NCBI RefSeq assembly: GCF_004010195.1
Contig: NC_057711.1
Span: forward strand, 81,831,549 to 81,895,548
Direction: 5' to 3'
DNA: 64,000 nucleotides
Origin: Chiloscyllium plagiosum
Taxonomy: Eukaryota
The position numbers and the translations under genes were made by a program. The notes beneath the pieces are model-generated. The model was not told where the DNA came from. It saw only the letters and a program-made list of their open reading frames with translations, and made no database searches. Below are positions 47,384 through 61,139 of this stretch, piece after piece (the first letter of the stretch is position 1; each line of letters begins with the position of its first letter).

Positions 47384-48285
47384 AGCTGGAAAAGCGCAGC
47401 AGGTCAGGCAGCATCCAAGGAGCAGGAGAATCGACGTTTCAGGCATAAGCCTTTCTTCAGGAATGAGGAAGGTGTGCCAAGCAGGCTAAGATAAAAGGTA
47501 GGGAGGAGGGACTTGGGGGAGGGGCGTTGGAAATGCGATAGGTGGAAGGAGGTTAAGGTGAGGGTGATAGGNNNNNNNNNNNNNNNNNNNNNNNNNNNNN
47601 NNNNNNNNNNNNNNNNNNNNNNNNNNNNNNNNNNNNNNNNNNNNNNNNNNNNNNNNNNNNNNNNNNNNNNNNNNNNNNNNNNNNNNNNNNNNNNNNNNNN
47701 NNNNNNNNNNNNNNNNNNNNNNNNNNNNNNNNNNNNNNNNNNNNNNNNNNNNNNNNNNNNNNNNNNNNNNNNNNNNNNNNNNNNNNNNNNNNNNNNNNNN
47801 NNNNNNNNNNNNNNNNNNNNNNNNNNNNNNNNNNNNNNNNNNNNNNNNNNNNNNNNNNNNNNNNNNNNNNNNNNNNNNNNNNNNNNNNNNNNNNNNNNNN
47901 NNNNNNNNNNNNNGACCTGACGAGGGAGTCGCGGAGGAAGTGGTCTTTCCGGAACGCTGATAGGGGAGGGGAGGGAAATATATCCTTGGTGGTAGTATCT
48001 GTTTGGAGGTGGCAAAAATGACAATGGATGATACAATGTATCTGGAGGTTGGTGGGGTGGTAGATGAGGACCAGTGGGGTTCTGTCCTGTTGGCGATTGG
48101 AGGGGTGGGGTTCAAGGAGGAGCGGGAAGTGGAGGAGATGCGGTGGAGAGCATCGTCAACCATGTCTGAGGGGAAATTGCGGTCTTTGAAGAAGGAGGCC
48201 ATCTGGGTTGTTCGGTATTGGAATTGGTCCTCCTGGGAGCAGATGCGGCGGAGTCGAAGGAATTGGGAATATGGGATGGCATTTT
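47384..48285 (-). mobile_element. Penelope element 3' part, family A (gap 47572-47913)
   Basis: NAIPYSQFLRLRRICSQEDQF..MASFFKDRNFP Penelope RT C-terminal motif; hammerhead core at ~47428-47465; 13-bp TSD TAGAATAGTACAG (47371-47383, 48286-48298). Confidence 0.9.
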
Positions 48286-48845
48286 TAGAATAGTACAGCA
48301 CAATACAGGCCCTTCGACCCTCAATGTTGTACCGACCTTTTATCCAACTCTAAAATCAGATTAACCTATCTTCCATGTGTCTATCCAAGAGCTGCTTATA
48401 CGTCCCTAATGTATCTTATTCCATTACCACTGCTGGCAGTGCATTTCACGCACCCACCCCTCTCTGTATAAAGAACCGATTGAACTGACATCTCCCTTAA
48501 ACCTTCCACCAATCACCTTAAAATTATGCCCCCTCATGATAGCCATTTCCACCCTGGGAAAAACTCTCTGGCCATCCACTCGATCTATACCTCTCATCAT
48601 TTTGTACACCTCTATCAAGTAACGTCTCATCCTTCTTTGCTCCAATGAGAAAAGCCTCAGCTCCCTCAACCTTTCTTCATAAGATATGCCCTCCAGTCCA
48701 GGCAGCATCCTGGCAAATCTCCTCTGCACCCTCTCCACAAAGAGACGACCAGAAGTGAACACAATATTCCAAGTGTGGTCTAATTAGGGCTCTACAGACC
48801 TGCAGCATAACCTCACAGTTCTTAAACTCAATGCCCCTGCTACTG

Positions 48846-49130
48846 AAGTTAAAAATCACACAACAGCAGGTTATAGTCCGACAGGTTTATTTGGAAGCAC
48901 TAGCTTTTGGAGCGTTGCTCCTTCATTAGTTGATTGTGGAGAATAAGATTGTAAGACACAGAATCTTTAGCAAGTTCTGTGTCTTATAATCTTATTCTCC
49001 ACAATCACCTGATGAAGGAGCAACACTCCAAAAGCTAGTGCTTCCAAATAAACCTGTCGGACTATAACCTGGTGTTGTGTGATTTTTAACTTTGTATACC
49101 CCAGTCTAACACCGGTATCTCCAAATCATG
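48846..49130. mobile_element. Penelope fold-back element, family B
   Basis: ~117-bp inverted arms (48846-48964 / 48975-49092); hammerhead-like CAC-CTGATGA-A-GGAG..CTCC-AAAA-GCTA-GTG at 49006-49040 with GAAA mutated. Confidence 0.85.
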
Positions 49131-52100
49131 CCTACTAATGAAAGCCAACACACTATACGCTTTCTTGACAACCCTCTCAACTTAGCTGGCAGCTTGGAGG
49201 GATCTATTGACATGGACCCCAAGATCCCCCTGTTGCTCCATGCTGCCAAGAATCTTGCCTTTAACCCTGTATTCTGCATTCAAATTCGACCTTCTAAGTG
49301 AATCACTTCACTTTTCCAGGTTGAATTCCATCTGCCACTTCTCAGACCAGCTCTGTATCCTATCAATGTCTTGTTGCAACCTACAACACCCCTCCATACT
49401 ATCCACCACTCCACCAACCTTCATGTCATTGACAAACTTACTAACCCACCCTTCCACTTCTTCATCCAAGTCATTTATAAAAATCACAAAGAGCAGGGGT
49501 CCCAGAATCAATCCCTGTGGAACACCACTGGTCAGCAAGCTCCAGGCTGAATAATTTCCATCTACCAACACCTTCTATGGGCCAGCCAATTCTGGATCCA
49601 GACAGCCAGATTGCCCTGTATCCCATGCCTCCTTACATTCTCAATGAGCCTACCATGGGAAACCTTATCAAATGCCTTGCTAAAATCCATGTACACCACA
49701 TCCACTTCTCTATCTTCATCAATGTGTTTTTGTCACATCCTCAAAGAATTCAATAAGGTTTGTAAGGCATGACCTGCCCCTTACAAAGCCATCCTGACTA
49801 TCTCTAATGAAAGTATGATTTTTCAAGTAATCATAAATCCTGTCTCTCAGAATCCTCTCCAATACTTTACCCACCACAGACGTGAGACTGACTGGTCTGT
49901 AATTCCCAGGATTCTTTCTATTCCCTTTCTTGAACAGGGGAATAACATTTGCCACTCTCCAATCATCTGGCACGACTCCAATAGACAGTGAGGATGAAAC
50001 GATCATCACCAAAGGTGCAGCAATCTCTTCCCTTGCTTCCCCATCTGACCCAGGGGATTTATCTATCCTCATGAATTTCAAAATTTTCAGTACATCATTC
50101 TTAATATCAACCTGTTTGAGCATATCATGTTGTTTCACACTGTCCTCAGAAACATTGAGGTCTCTCTCAGTAGTGAATACTGAAGCAAAGTATCCATTAA
50201 GGACCTTCACTACCTCCTCCGACTCCAGGTGCACGTTCCCTCCACTATCTCTGATCAGCCCTACCCTCACTCTGGCCATCCTCATGTTACTCAAATAAGT
50301 GTTGAACAGCTTAGGGTTTTCCATAATCGACCTGCTAAAGCTTTTTCATGCTCACTTCTAGCTCTCCTAAGCCAGTTCTTTCCTGGCTACCTTGTAACCC
50401 TCTAGAGCCCTCTCTAGTCCTAGCCTCCTCAAACTTAAGTAAGCTTTCTTCTTCCTCTTGACTAGATATTCCACATCCCTTGTCTCAGTGGGACAAATTT
50501 GTCCAGCACCATCAGCAATTGCTCCCAAAACAACCTCCACATTTCTGTCATGCATTTCCCTGAAAACATCTGTTCCCAATTTAGGTGCCCAGTTCCTACC
50601 TAATAGCATTGTAATTCCTCTTCCCCCCCCCAATTAAATACTTTCCCATACCATCTGTTACTATCCCTCTCCAGTAGTATAGTAAAGGTCAGGGAGTTGT
50701 GAAGACTATCACCAAAATGCTCTCCCACCAAGAGATCTGACATCTGGCATGGTTCGTTGCCAAGCACCAAATCTAATACGGCATCCCCTCTAGTCAACCT
50801 ATCTCATATTGAGTCAGGAACCCTTTCTGGACACATCTGACAAAAATTGCTCCATCTAAATTATTTGAACTATGGAGGTTCCAATCAATATTAAAGTCAC
50901 CCATGACAACAACATTTTACTTCTGCACCTTTCCAAAATCTGCTCCCAGTCTGCTCCTCTGCATCTCTGTTGCTATTGGGAGTCTGTAGAAAACTCCTAA
51001 TAAATTAATTGTTCCTTTCCTGTTTCTGACTTCCACCCATACTGCCTCTGTAGACAAACCCTCCTCAACGACCTCCTCTGCTATCCCTGATTAGCAATGC
51101 CACTCCTCCCCCTCTTTTACCTGTTTCCCTATTCCTTTTGAAACATCCAACAACCATTCCTCTCCTGTGATATCCAAATCTCTGTAATGGCCACAACATC
51201 ATAGTTCCAAGTATTGATCCATGCTCTAAATTTGTCACCTTTATTCCTGATACTTCTTGCAATAATAGACACACTTCAACCCATCACACTGACTGCATCT
51301 TTGCCTAATCAAGTGCCTATCCCTCCTCACAGACTCTACAAGGTGTATCTGGCTGTTCACTACCTACTCCACTATCTGATCAGTAGTTCTGGTTCCCACT
51401 CCCTGCCAAACTAGTTTAAACCCTCCCGAAGAGCTCTAGCAAACCTCCCGCTCAGGATATTGGTGCCACTTCAGTTCAGGTGCAACCCGTCCTTCTTGTA
51501 CAGGTCTCACCTTCCCCTGAAGGTATCCCAATGATCCACATTTCTGAAGCCCTCCGTCCTACACCAACCCCGCAGCTACGTGTTCATTTGCGCTTGCTCT
51601 CTATTCCTAGCCTCACTAGCACGTGGCACCAGTAGCAATCCTGAGATTACTACTCTGCGTGTCCTGCCTTCTAGCTTGCAACCTAACTCCTTATATTCAC
51701 TTTTCAGGTCCTCCTCCCTTTCCCTACCTATGTCACTGGTACTGATGTGTACCATGACTTCTAGCTGCTCTCCCTCCCCCTTAAGAATCCTGTAGACTCG
51801 ATTCAAGACATCTCTGAGCCTGGCACTCGGGAGACAACATACCATCCGGGAGTCTTGCTCGTGCCTACAAAATCTCCTGTCTATTCCTCTCATAATTGAT
51901 CTCCTATTCTCCCCACCTTCCCTTCTGAGCCACAAAACCAGGCTCAGTGCCAGAAACCTGGTCAATGAGGCTTTCCGCAGTGGGTCCTCCCCAACGCTAT
52001 CCAAAGCAGTATACTTATTATTGAGGGGAACAGCCACAGGGGTCCCTGCACTATCTGCCTTTTCCCTTTCCCTCTCCTATTGGTCAGCTACCTTTATCCT

Positions 52101-52869
52101 GTAATTTAGGTGTGATTACTTCCCTATAACTCCTCTCTATCACCTTCTCAGCCTCCTGAATGATCCAAAATTCATCCAGCTCCAGCTCCGGTTCCCTAAC
52201 GTGAAGTCAGCAGGGACACAAGTGGTGACCCTTACCTCCCACATCCTGCAAGAGGAGCATGCAACTGCCCTAGCCTCCATTCCCTCTGCTCTAACTTGCC
52301 AAGACAGTTTGAATAAATGAAAAAAAAGCTTTACCTTACTAACCCACCATACATGGTGTTATGTTTTTGGTTCGAGGAGGAGTGGGGTGGGAGACACTAC
52401 ACGTGTAGTGTTTCAGGTTTAGCCATAGCCTGAATATATCAGTTCATTTGCCCAATAATCCCCATGTCTGCATCCACTCCTGTTCAGCCTGAGCCCCGCC
52501 TATTCACGAGGTAAGTAATGAACAGGAAAGTTTACCTTCCTGGCAGCCCCCCCAGTCCATGTTCTCACTACTCCAGTTATGTTATTGGTTCTGAGCTAGC
52601 TGAACAGCATAGATCATGAGATACTATCAGATCTCTGACATCCTCAGGTATCCAACATTCCTCTCCATACAGGCACTGTATTTACATCTACAATCATCTC
52701 TTGGCTGTATCTCTGAAGTAAAAACAAAATCAATTAAAAGTTCAAATTGTTCAAAGTTTCATAAGGGATTCAGGATTATGATCTGTGGTCACAATACACC
52801 CCTACAGTTATACTCTATTTTCTCCTTCCAATAAAGGCTTTTATTCAGTCAGTGAAATGGTGTCACTGT

Positions 52870-53455
52870 CCCCGATAGCCTCAGGTTCATCTGTTCCCTC
52901 AGTTACATTGCAGCCATTAGATTAGTCCTTTTGAGAGTGAATCCGTGGAAAATGATTGGCCTGGATGGAGTCCACGGCCATGCACTCAGATCCTGTGTGT
53001 ACCAGCTGGCAGGAGTATTCACTGAAATCTTTAACCTCTCCTGGTTACGACCTGAAGTCCCTACCTGCTTCAAGAAGACCACTATCATGCCAGTGGTAAA
53101 GAAAACTCATGCAGTGTATCTCATTGACTACTGTCCGGTGGCTCTGACCTCCAAAATTATAAAGTGCTTCATGAGGTTAGTCATGGCTCACATCTATTCT
53201 AATTACCCAGCCTGCCTTGATTCCTTGCCTACTGTCGTGGCAGGTACTATCTCCTCTGCCCAACGGAAGAGGGTGTAAGAGATGGTTCTTTGATTATGTT
53301 GGGTGTTTTCCTGAGGCAGTGACAAGTAAAATGGATTCAATGGATGGAAGGCTGGTTTGCTTGATGGAGAGGGCTGTGTTCTCAACTCTCTTTAGTTTCT
53401 TTCAGTCTTAGAAAGAGCAGTTGCCAAACCACACTGTGATGCATCCAGATAGGAA
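52870..53455 (+). mobile_element. Rex1/Babar-type LINE RT fragment followed by an inverted fragment
   Basis: [46 protein letters not shown]. Confidence 0.8.
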
Positions 53456-53929
53456 CAGTTCACCATCCCAAAAACTGATCATTTATTCTATTTCTTTACG
53501 TTCTGTGTCCGTGCTGCACCTCTGCTGCCAAAAACATGACTATTTATCTTGTCATGCAATCTATATGAACTGATTCCCTTGATCGATCCTGCTTGTTACA
53601 TCTCAAGACGTGGAGGAAAATGACAAGATAATTTTCTGAGCTACACAATTTTTGGATAAATTCATTCATAGGTACAAACATTGCTTGCAAAGGAGAGCAA
53701 CAGAAAATCTACCCATTTCCCCCAACCTTCAACAATATTACAATTGCTGAACTCCACACCATCAACATCCTACTGGGTATCATTCAGCAAAAAGTTAGAA
53801 CTGGATACTAGCATCCCCACCTTAGGTGTTACCAGCAACACATAGCATGAAAAAATAAAACCAAATATTGTGTATTAATAATTGGCATTGTAAAAGTAAT
53901 AAGATCAACTTTCTAGGATACAAGAGCAC

Positions 53930-54170
53930 TTCAGAGTCCAGTTAAAGCCAACCCCATTGCTGTGAGTCTGGAGTCACATGTAGGCCAGACCAAGCAGATG
54001 TGTTTACAACAAACAATGATATATTCATGGTCACCATTACAGGGATGAGCTTTATATTTCAGACTATGAATTTAATACAAACTTTACAAGCTGGCATTGT
54101 GGAAATAGAACCTGTGTCCCCAGAGCATTGGCCTGGCCTCTGATTGTGCAGTGACATTGCACGACCATCA
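53930..54170 (-). mobile_element. Second SINE family, old copy
   Basis: GTCTGGAGTCACATGTAGGCCAGACCA core shared with 20130-20160. Confidence 0.6.
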
Positions 54171-55162
54171 TCATTCCCAAATAGAAAAACTGAATTTTAA
54201 TTTTTTAGGCTGCCTTGGTGAGATATGTAACTGGATCATTCCTAGTGCCTAAAAGTTGGACTAATGTAGCCACACTGCTACCATAACCCCTTTGATAAGC
54301 TATCTGCTAAAATAATTGGAGCAATCTTGAGATGAAGTTGGCTATCCCAAGTCCAGCAGATAAAAACCATATCCAATTTTATGGTGGTACATTTTGTGTT
54401 TAGTTATATTTCCTGTACATTCTCTGATCCACATTCATAATAGCAAAAACAAGGCAGTTTATGTAAACAGGGCATTTAATATATTCTATATAGACAAAGA
54501 TGATAAACTTGAATGGGGAAATCAAAATAAGTAGAGGAGTATTTGCAAATCACTAACATGGAATGATTGGATGCAGAAATATATTGAAGAAGTAACAGAG
54601 CATGTGAGAGTGGGTGATACCAAATGAGGTGCATGGAGGTGATAAATATTAGAGAATGCCATGGTGTAGATAAAGAAACTGTGCAATAGAAATGGGAATA
54701 CTTTCAAACATTAAAAATATATATTTAGAAATATAAAAAGATTAGAGAGACTTGCAGGTCAATCTGGTTAAGTGTTGATAGTGACATTTTTGCAGATTTC
54801 AATGTAAATACACTTCCATTAGGTAAATTAACTGTGGTGAACAATCAAAACAAAACTTTTGGTGCAATAGTTTAGTTCTGGAACTCTGGTCTTCGTCCGG
54901 AGGCTTACTAAAGATGTATGGTGACGAAATATCTGAAAATGAACCTTCCAACTCTGGTCTGTTGGGCCTATCTTGTGAGGTTAAACATGACGTTGACGGT
55001 GCGATTTATACCAGGAAATAACAAACTAATCAAATGTAAAAAGTTCAGCATTATCAAAATCAACAGTTACAAGTGAAGTGAACACGACCAAATAATTTCT
55101 AACATTATTATCAGTGTTTATAAAACAGTTCATACCCTGACTTGCCAACAGGCCATAGAAAG

Positions 55163-55500
55163 GGCAGCATGGTGACTCATGGTCAGCAATGCTTCCTCAC
55201 AGTGCAAGGGACCTGGCTTCAATTTCAGCCTTGGGACAGACTGTCTCTGTGGAATTTGCATGTCCTCCGCACATTTGTATGGATTTCCGCTGCGTGTTCT
55301 GGTTTTCTCCCACAGTCTAAAGATGTGCATGTTTGGAAGATTGGCCACACTAAATTATACTGTTGTATCCAGTGATGTGCAAGCTGGGTGGATTAGCTAT
55401 GGTAAATGCAGAGATAGGATGGGGAGGTCTGGGTGAGATGCTTTTTGGAGGGTCCCTTTGAATGGTTTCTTTCAGCCATTGGGATTCTCTGATTCTAGAG
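55163..55500 (+). mobile_element. Old HE1-like V-SINE
   Basis: Diverged A/B boxes and V core. Confidence 0.75.
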
Positions 55501-56690
55501 TCAGGTCCATGAATCAAAGGCAGAAGGAAATGTTTCTCAAATAGTACAATCTGTGCTTCAATGTCAGCTGGGTAAGAGGGCTGGGAATTAGCAGGCATGG
55601 TTTTGGATGAGGCAATGTATGTATAATGACTAGAAATTAAGATAAAATTCTTACCATTGGTACAGGGGCTGAATCTTAAAGTGGATAGGTTCTGTGCCAT
55701 CAGCACATTTGTATGGGTTTCTTGCCTCTTTTCCAAAAAGGTAAACTCCAAAAATGTGGGTCACCCACAGGAACAGGGATTTCTTGTATATGAAACGCAA
55801 TGTGCAGGTGCAGCAAATAATTAACGAGGCAAGAGGAATTTGGCCTTCATTTCAAGGAGTTGGAGTTTAAAAAATGAGCAAGTCTGGTTACAACTGTATC
55901 AGGCCGCAAGACTAAATAAAGTATCAGAAATCCTCCTTTGAATGGCTCCACAGTGCTGTATTAGCCAGGTCCCTCTTAATGAAGGTTATGAAGTAGTCAC
56001 TGCACTCTCAGGGGACAGGCCACCCCTACAATTGCCATGAAGCAGCGAACAGGATCAAACAACATATGAGGCTATATCACATAATGATTTTGGTCACCTT
56101 CACAGGTGACCAAAATCTAGGTCAAAGAGCATCTTAAAGGAAGAGTGATGGAACAGTTCAGACAGGAATTTAGGGCATAGGCAGCTGAAGGCAGGTTGCA
56201 AATGATGGATCAAACTAAGTTCGAAAGTCACAAGAAGCCAGAATTGGACTAATGTAGAGATTGCTGATTGCAAGGGCTTGGAGTTGGTTACAAAAGTACG
56301 AATTTAAGTTATCAAGAAATTTGAATGTAAAAATGACAACTTCAAATTTGAGGCACTTTTTTTGCAAAGGACCTGTGGAGTTTAATAATACGTGAGCAGG
56401 ATTTGGTGCATTTTAGGGTACAGGTAGCAAAGATTTGGAAGAGCTGTAATTCACAGAAAGTGGAAGATGTGGGAAATCAGTCAGGATATCATTGGAACTG
56501 TGCAGTAATTAGCCTTTCACTTTTTAAAAAAATACTGGCATTCTAATGCCAAGAAATGAAATATTCTTAAAACTCTAAAAGTGTGAACTAATACTATCTA
56601 CTGTCAAAGTTATTCTTAATTTGAGGCTGCATTATAGTTAATTTTTTTCTCTTGTTGAGATAAACGTTCCAGATAAAACTGCTTTTACAG

Positions 56691-56727
56691 GAGGAAAATA
56701 CAGACCTATACTGATAAGTAAATATTT
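56691..56727 (+). other. Candidate 37-nt non-coding exon of a plus-strand transcript
   Basis: gcttttacag acceptor and gtgagt donor in unique AT-rich DNA. Confidence 0.3.
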
Positions 56728-56830
56728 GTGAGTTTGTTTTCAATTTCAATGTTATCCATTGGAATTTAAAAACTCAAAGAAAAGGGAAATTTAATTATTT
56801 CAACATTTGATTTGATTTGATTTGATTTAT

Positions 56831-56922
56831 GATCAGAGTGGTGCTGGAAATACACAGCAGGTCAGGCAGCATCCGAGGAGCAGGAAAATCGACATTTCGG
56901 GCAAAAGTCCTTCATCAGGAAT
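56831..56922 (-). mobile_element. Penelope family A terminal fragment inserted in the tail of another repeat (56805-57545)
   Basis: Minus-strand CTGATGA-A-GGAC tttt GCCC-GAAATGTC; preceded by (ATTTG)n tail. Confidence 0.7.
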
Positions 56923-59504
56923 AGCCATGCGTATTCTGTTACAAAATACATTGAATAGTAATGTTGTGTAATGTCACCATTCTCTGGTGCCATCTTAAAA
57001 GCACCAAATAAACCAAAACAACAAAGACAGAAAATTAAAGAAATAAAGAAAAAGTATTCAACTTTACAATTTTTCTTGTTAAGTGCTCCACTGTGGGTCA
57101 TGCACCTGGTGGCCTGACACAAGTCCCTTCACTGTGCCAATACTGAAATCAAAGTGGCTCCTCTTCAGCACCATTTAACCTCTGCTGACACCACAATGAA
57201 TCCTCTCCACTCAGTTGCTACCAATGCTGTAGTACTGGGCCCAAACATGTGTCTGTGGCCATCTCCATGAATCTGCACTGGACGCAGACATCAGCGGGAA
57301 CTCAAACTCACCTCCACTGCAACAGTTCACACTAGGACCACCTCATCGATAGATAAGTGCCAAGAACACAAACTCATCTCCAACACCAATATTATGAGTC
57401 CTTACTGGGCTCACTCATGTCTGCACTGGGCCCACTCGCCATCGCTGATGTTGTTGTCACAACTGAACTCTTCAACAACAGGTACGTAAAACAAAAGAGA
57501 AAAAAAATGAGAAAAGAGAGAAACAAAGAAAAGAAACAATTAAAACAGCTTTTATTTGAATTTACTTTTATTGTTGATTTGTTATGGGTGTAATTACATA
57601 TAAAACAATCCAGTCAGTATTTCCATATAAATATGAAATGCCAACCTTCTCAAAGTTTAGTAGCCTAAAGTTACATGTGCTTATTCCTGTTTGATTGAAT
57701 GTATTTGTGGTAAATATCTTCCATCTTTCCCAGAGCTGTGTTTATAAAAGCAAGCAAAACAATGGTTAATGATGAACTACGCCTACTTACACTGCAAATC
57801 ACAGCAAAAACATCACAATGTGAACATAGAATACGCATTCTATCTCTGCTATCCAACACAGTTCTTAACAATTTCACATAAATGATACCCCATGTATGTA
57901 TATTCAACAATTCATTTAACTTCCATTAATGATATGAGTTAGTGTATGATTAAATTACAATCCTATCAAAATTTCAAGGGGAAACAATCCATGATGAATG
58001 CAATAATAGTGTTACATTTGTAAGCAAGATTTTTGGTATATTTTATAATTTCACTTGAAACAAAAGATGGTGTAAAGAGCAGAATATGTTGTGAATGAAA
58101 ATGTTTTGTTTTCTTAATTTGCCTCTCCTGCCTTCTAAAGTAAAGCATTTATTGCTTTTTCTTCTTCATATACAAGCACAAAAGAAGATATAATAATTAA
58201 GCATCTTGTGAAACTGTTAAAGTATTTATAAAGTTTGACTTGCCAATTGATTTTCTTTAATTATTTAATTTAACTAAGTCATTTAAGGACAATTGAAATT
58301 TTATTACAGCAATCCATCAATAGGAACAACCATTTAATCAGTCTGTGCATAACTAAGTCCATTTAATATTAAAGATTTATGAAATGGAAGTGAAAGCGGA
58401 CAAGGGCACTGGATTAATACAGAAGGTTTTTAAAATATTTATTGTCATTACAGTATTACAGATGATGATAATTCACATGAATTGATCCCTTCAGTCATTA
58501 TATTAAGATAGATAGTGTCTTTGCCATCAAATTAGATGTTGCAAATGTGGCTTTGAAACTCAGTAAAGTTTGACAAGTATTTCTCTTTTATTACTCTACC
58601 AAGTAATTCAATCTAGAAACAAATCTATAAATAAATTTCTTAAGTTAACTTTATAATAATTTATTATTGATACCTTTAAAATAATCATCATTGAGCCATG
58701 TCTTGAGTATGTTTTGTTTAGGATTGAACTAAATTATTCTATTGGATAATTTCCTGATAGAATTCTATGGAATCTTAAATATATTTGTAAAAGTTAGGTT
58801 GAGCAACAAGGAACTCTATATTTTACTACCTCCCCATTCACCACCTTCCTTTTCCCCTTAATATACTCTAAATTAGTTTGTGATGTTGAGAGCATCCATT
58901 TCCTGATTAACTGCTTTAGTCTTGGAATTGCTATCTACAAAAACACTGGAGGCAATCTCAAACAGAAAGACCCATTGAAGTGGCAGGAATCAGTTTTAAC
59001 AGTTATTCACAGCAGTTTTTGAGATATAGAAATGAAGAAGCTACTAATATGGGAAAGCAGATGGACTGTTTTGTGCTATCGACTAAGCAGGATGCTGTTG
59101 TGGTTCTGATTCTGTTCGGAAAAAAAGAAACAGAACAAATGAGTTTCTTGACAACTGAATGGAGAGTCACCAAGGTGTGCCTTGTTGGTGATAACCAGGT
59201 TGGGAAAACTAAGACCGGGAATGAAATAATTGTCAAGGAATACAAGTTTCAGCTTGGTGTGGCAGGGGTTGGTTCCTATAATGCTACACATCTTCCAAAA
59301 TGCAGAAGTACCTTTTGGTGATAGTGATGGAAGTACTTTTTCTTTCATTTAATGTATTTTTAACAAGTATTTTTTAAATCTGTTAAGTATTGTTTAATAC
59401 ATTTTGATTCTAGTATGTTACAATAACAGTCTTACAAAATTATCTCTTCTCCCTCAGTTCTTCCCATCAGTTTCTGGGAAATTAATCTTTTTTTAAAAAA
59501 ATCA

Positions 59505-59840
59505 GCGGCACGGTGGCTCAGTGGTTAGCACTGCTGCTTCATAGTGCCAGGGACCCGGGTTCAATTCCCGCCTCAGGCAACTGTCTGTGTGGAGTTTGCA
59601 CATTCTCGCCGTGTCTGCGTGGATTTCCTCCGGGTGTTCCAGTTTCATCCCACAGTCTAAAGATGTGCAGGTTAGGTGAATTGGCCATGCTAAATTGCCC
59701 TTAGTGTTAGGTGCATTAGTCAGGGGTAAATGTAAGGGAATGGGTTTGGGTGCGTTGCTCCTTCGGAAGGTCGGTGTGGACTTGTTGGGCCGAAGGGCCT
59801 GTTTCCACACTGTAGGGAATCTAATCATCTAATCTAATCA
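59505..59840 (+). mobile_element. HE1-like V-SINE, full length
   Basis: A-box TGGCTCAGTGG, B-box GGTTCAATTCC, V core, (TAATC)n tail. Confidence 0.92.
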
Positions 59841-59974
59841 AAGCAATAAAAATACTGGCTTCTGTGATAAAAAGATTTAATTCCACAAGAAATTCAAGTG
59901 TGGAAGCAGATGAACAATAGGTTGTCTTTTTTAAATAAAGATCAGAAATATGATGTAGGTTTTTTATTCTTTAG

Positions 59975-60058
59975 ATTTATATCTTCAGTAGAAAAGTGAA
60001 GCAAAAGAGAAATAAGATTCAGCGGTCTCTGCAGATACTACAGCTCGATAAGTGAAAG
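59975..60058 (+). other. Candidate 84-nt non-coding exon of a plus-strand transcript
   Basis: ttttttattctttag acceptor, AAG|gtaaaa donor; stops in all three frames. Confidence 0.4.
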
Positions 60059-61139
60059 GTAAAACACACGCTATTGTGGAAGGTGCAATAACATGTGTAT
60101 AAGGGAAGAAAGTAGTAAATTTGATTACAAAATGCAGGCTATGTCAGTAAATATGTTGATTCTGGATTAGTGGTGCTGGAAGAGCACAGCAGTATGTTGA
60201 GCCAAGAATAAGATAGGTGCAATAGGGAGCCAAAGATTGCAAGTGTCAACACAGGTATTAGACAAATATAATTGTGAACAAGTAAGCAGGTCTGAAGAAT
60301 ATAATCAAAGTGAGTGACACTGATCTTGTACAAAAGCATCAACAGTGTTACAGTTGTGTTATCACAGTCAAGAAAAGATGAAGGTGTGGCAAGATATCAT
60401 TTGATTAGGATGAGATTCAGATGGAATTCATTTTTATGCAGAGAATAAAGTTCAGTCTATGGAATTGTTGGATGGGAAACATGAATAAAATTTTTAAACA
60501 AATAGGAGGAAATAGACAAATTGAATGCCAAGAGACATTTTGTATTTTACAAACAGAATCAAAGCCGGTATCCATGAAATAATTATTATGAGTCAGAAAA
60601 ATCGATATAGTTTTGTCATCCTCATTCATGGTCATGCTTCTGGCAAGCATAATCTTCTGGCTGGAAGCATGAATTGCATTGCTATTGCTCTCAGCCTTCA
60701 TATTATAAACATTGAAGTATAAACAGTACATGAAGAGTAACTTTTTTATGTTTAGAATAATTAACATGTGGGATAAGTCACCTACCATTCTGATATATAC
60801 TGATATCAATTAGGCACTTGAGTGGGAATTGAAGACATCTTTGATTCAGTATAGAGCTATGTGAATCATTCCCTCAATTAATTAAGCATATGTAAGAGCT
60901 CCCGATCAGTATAGACTGGGCATTTGGGGTTGGAAGCTCTTCTAATCCCAAACGTCCGACTGTGAAGGCACAGATGGGAACTCAAAACAAAGAAATTCAT
61001 GTATCCCTACTTGTCAATAGGATTTGGTGTGTGATTATCAGAGATACTCCTGGTCAAACCAGACACTTCAACTGCCTGTCCGGCTCTGTTGAAACGTCCA
61101 ACATGATTTCTATGAAAAATATTCTTGAGGACTAGTGAA

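Larger units (their letters stand above)
47366..52520 (-). mobile_element. Near full-length degenerate CR1 LINE with two nested Penelope insertions
   Basis: ORF1 esterase (IMRGIDRRFC, VCCLPSAR, VVISGLLLVP), APE (GKRGGGVALLIRD, TRGDAVLDLVLG) and RT (NYRPVSLTSVVGK, GVPQGLILGPLLF, KFVNDMK) remnants in order. Confidence 0.93.

Noticed and set aside
59505..59575. tRNA gene
   Set aside because: A/B boxes belong to SINE heads followed by V core and tail; no complete cloverleaf.
58980..60809. ORFs of 80-130 aa in AT-rich DNA
   Set aside because: No motifs, overlapping on both strands, no consistent splice structure.
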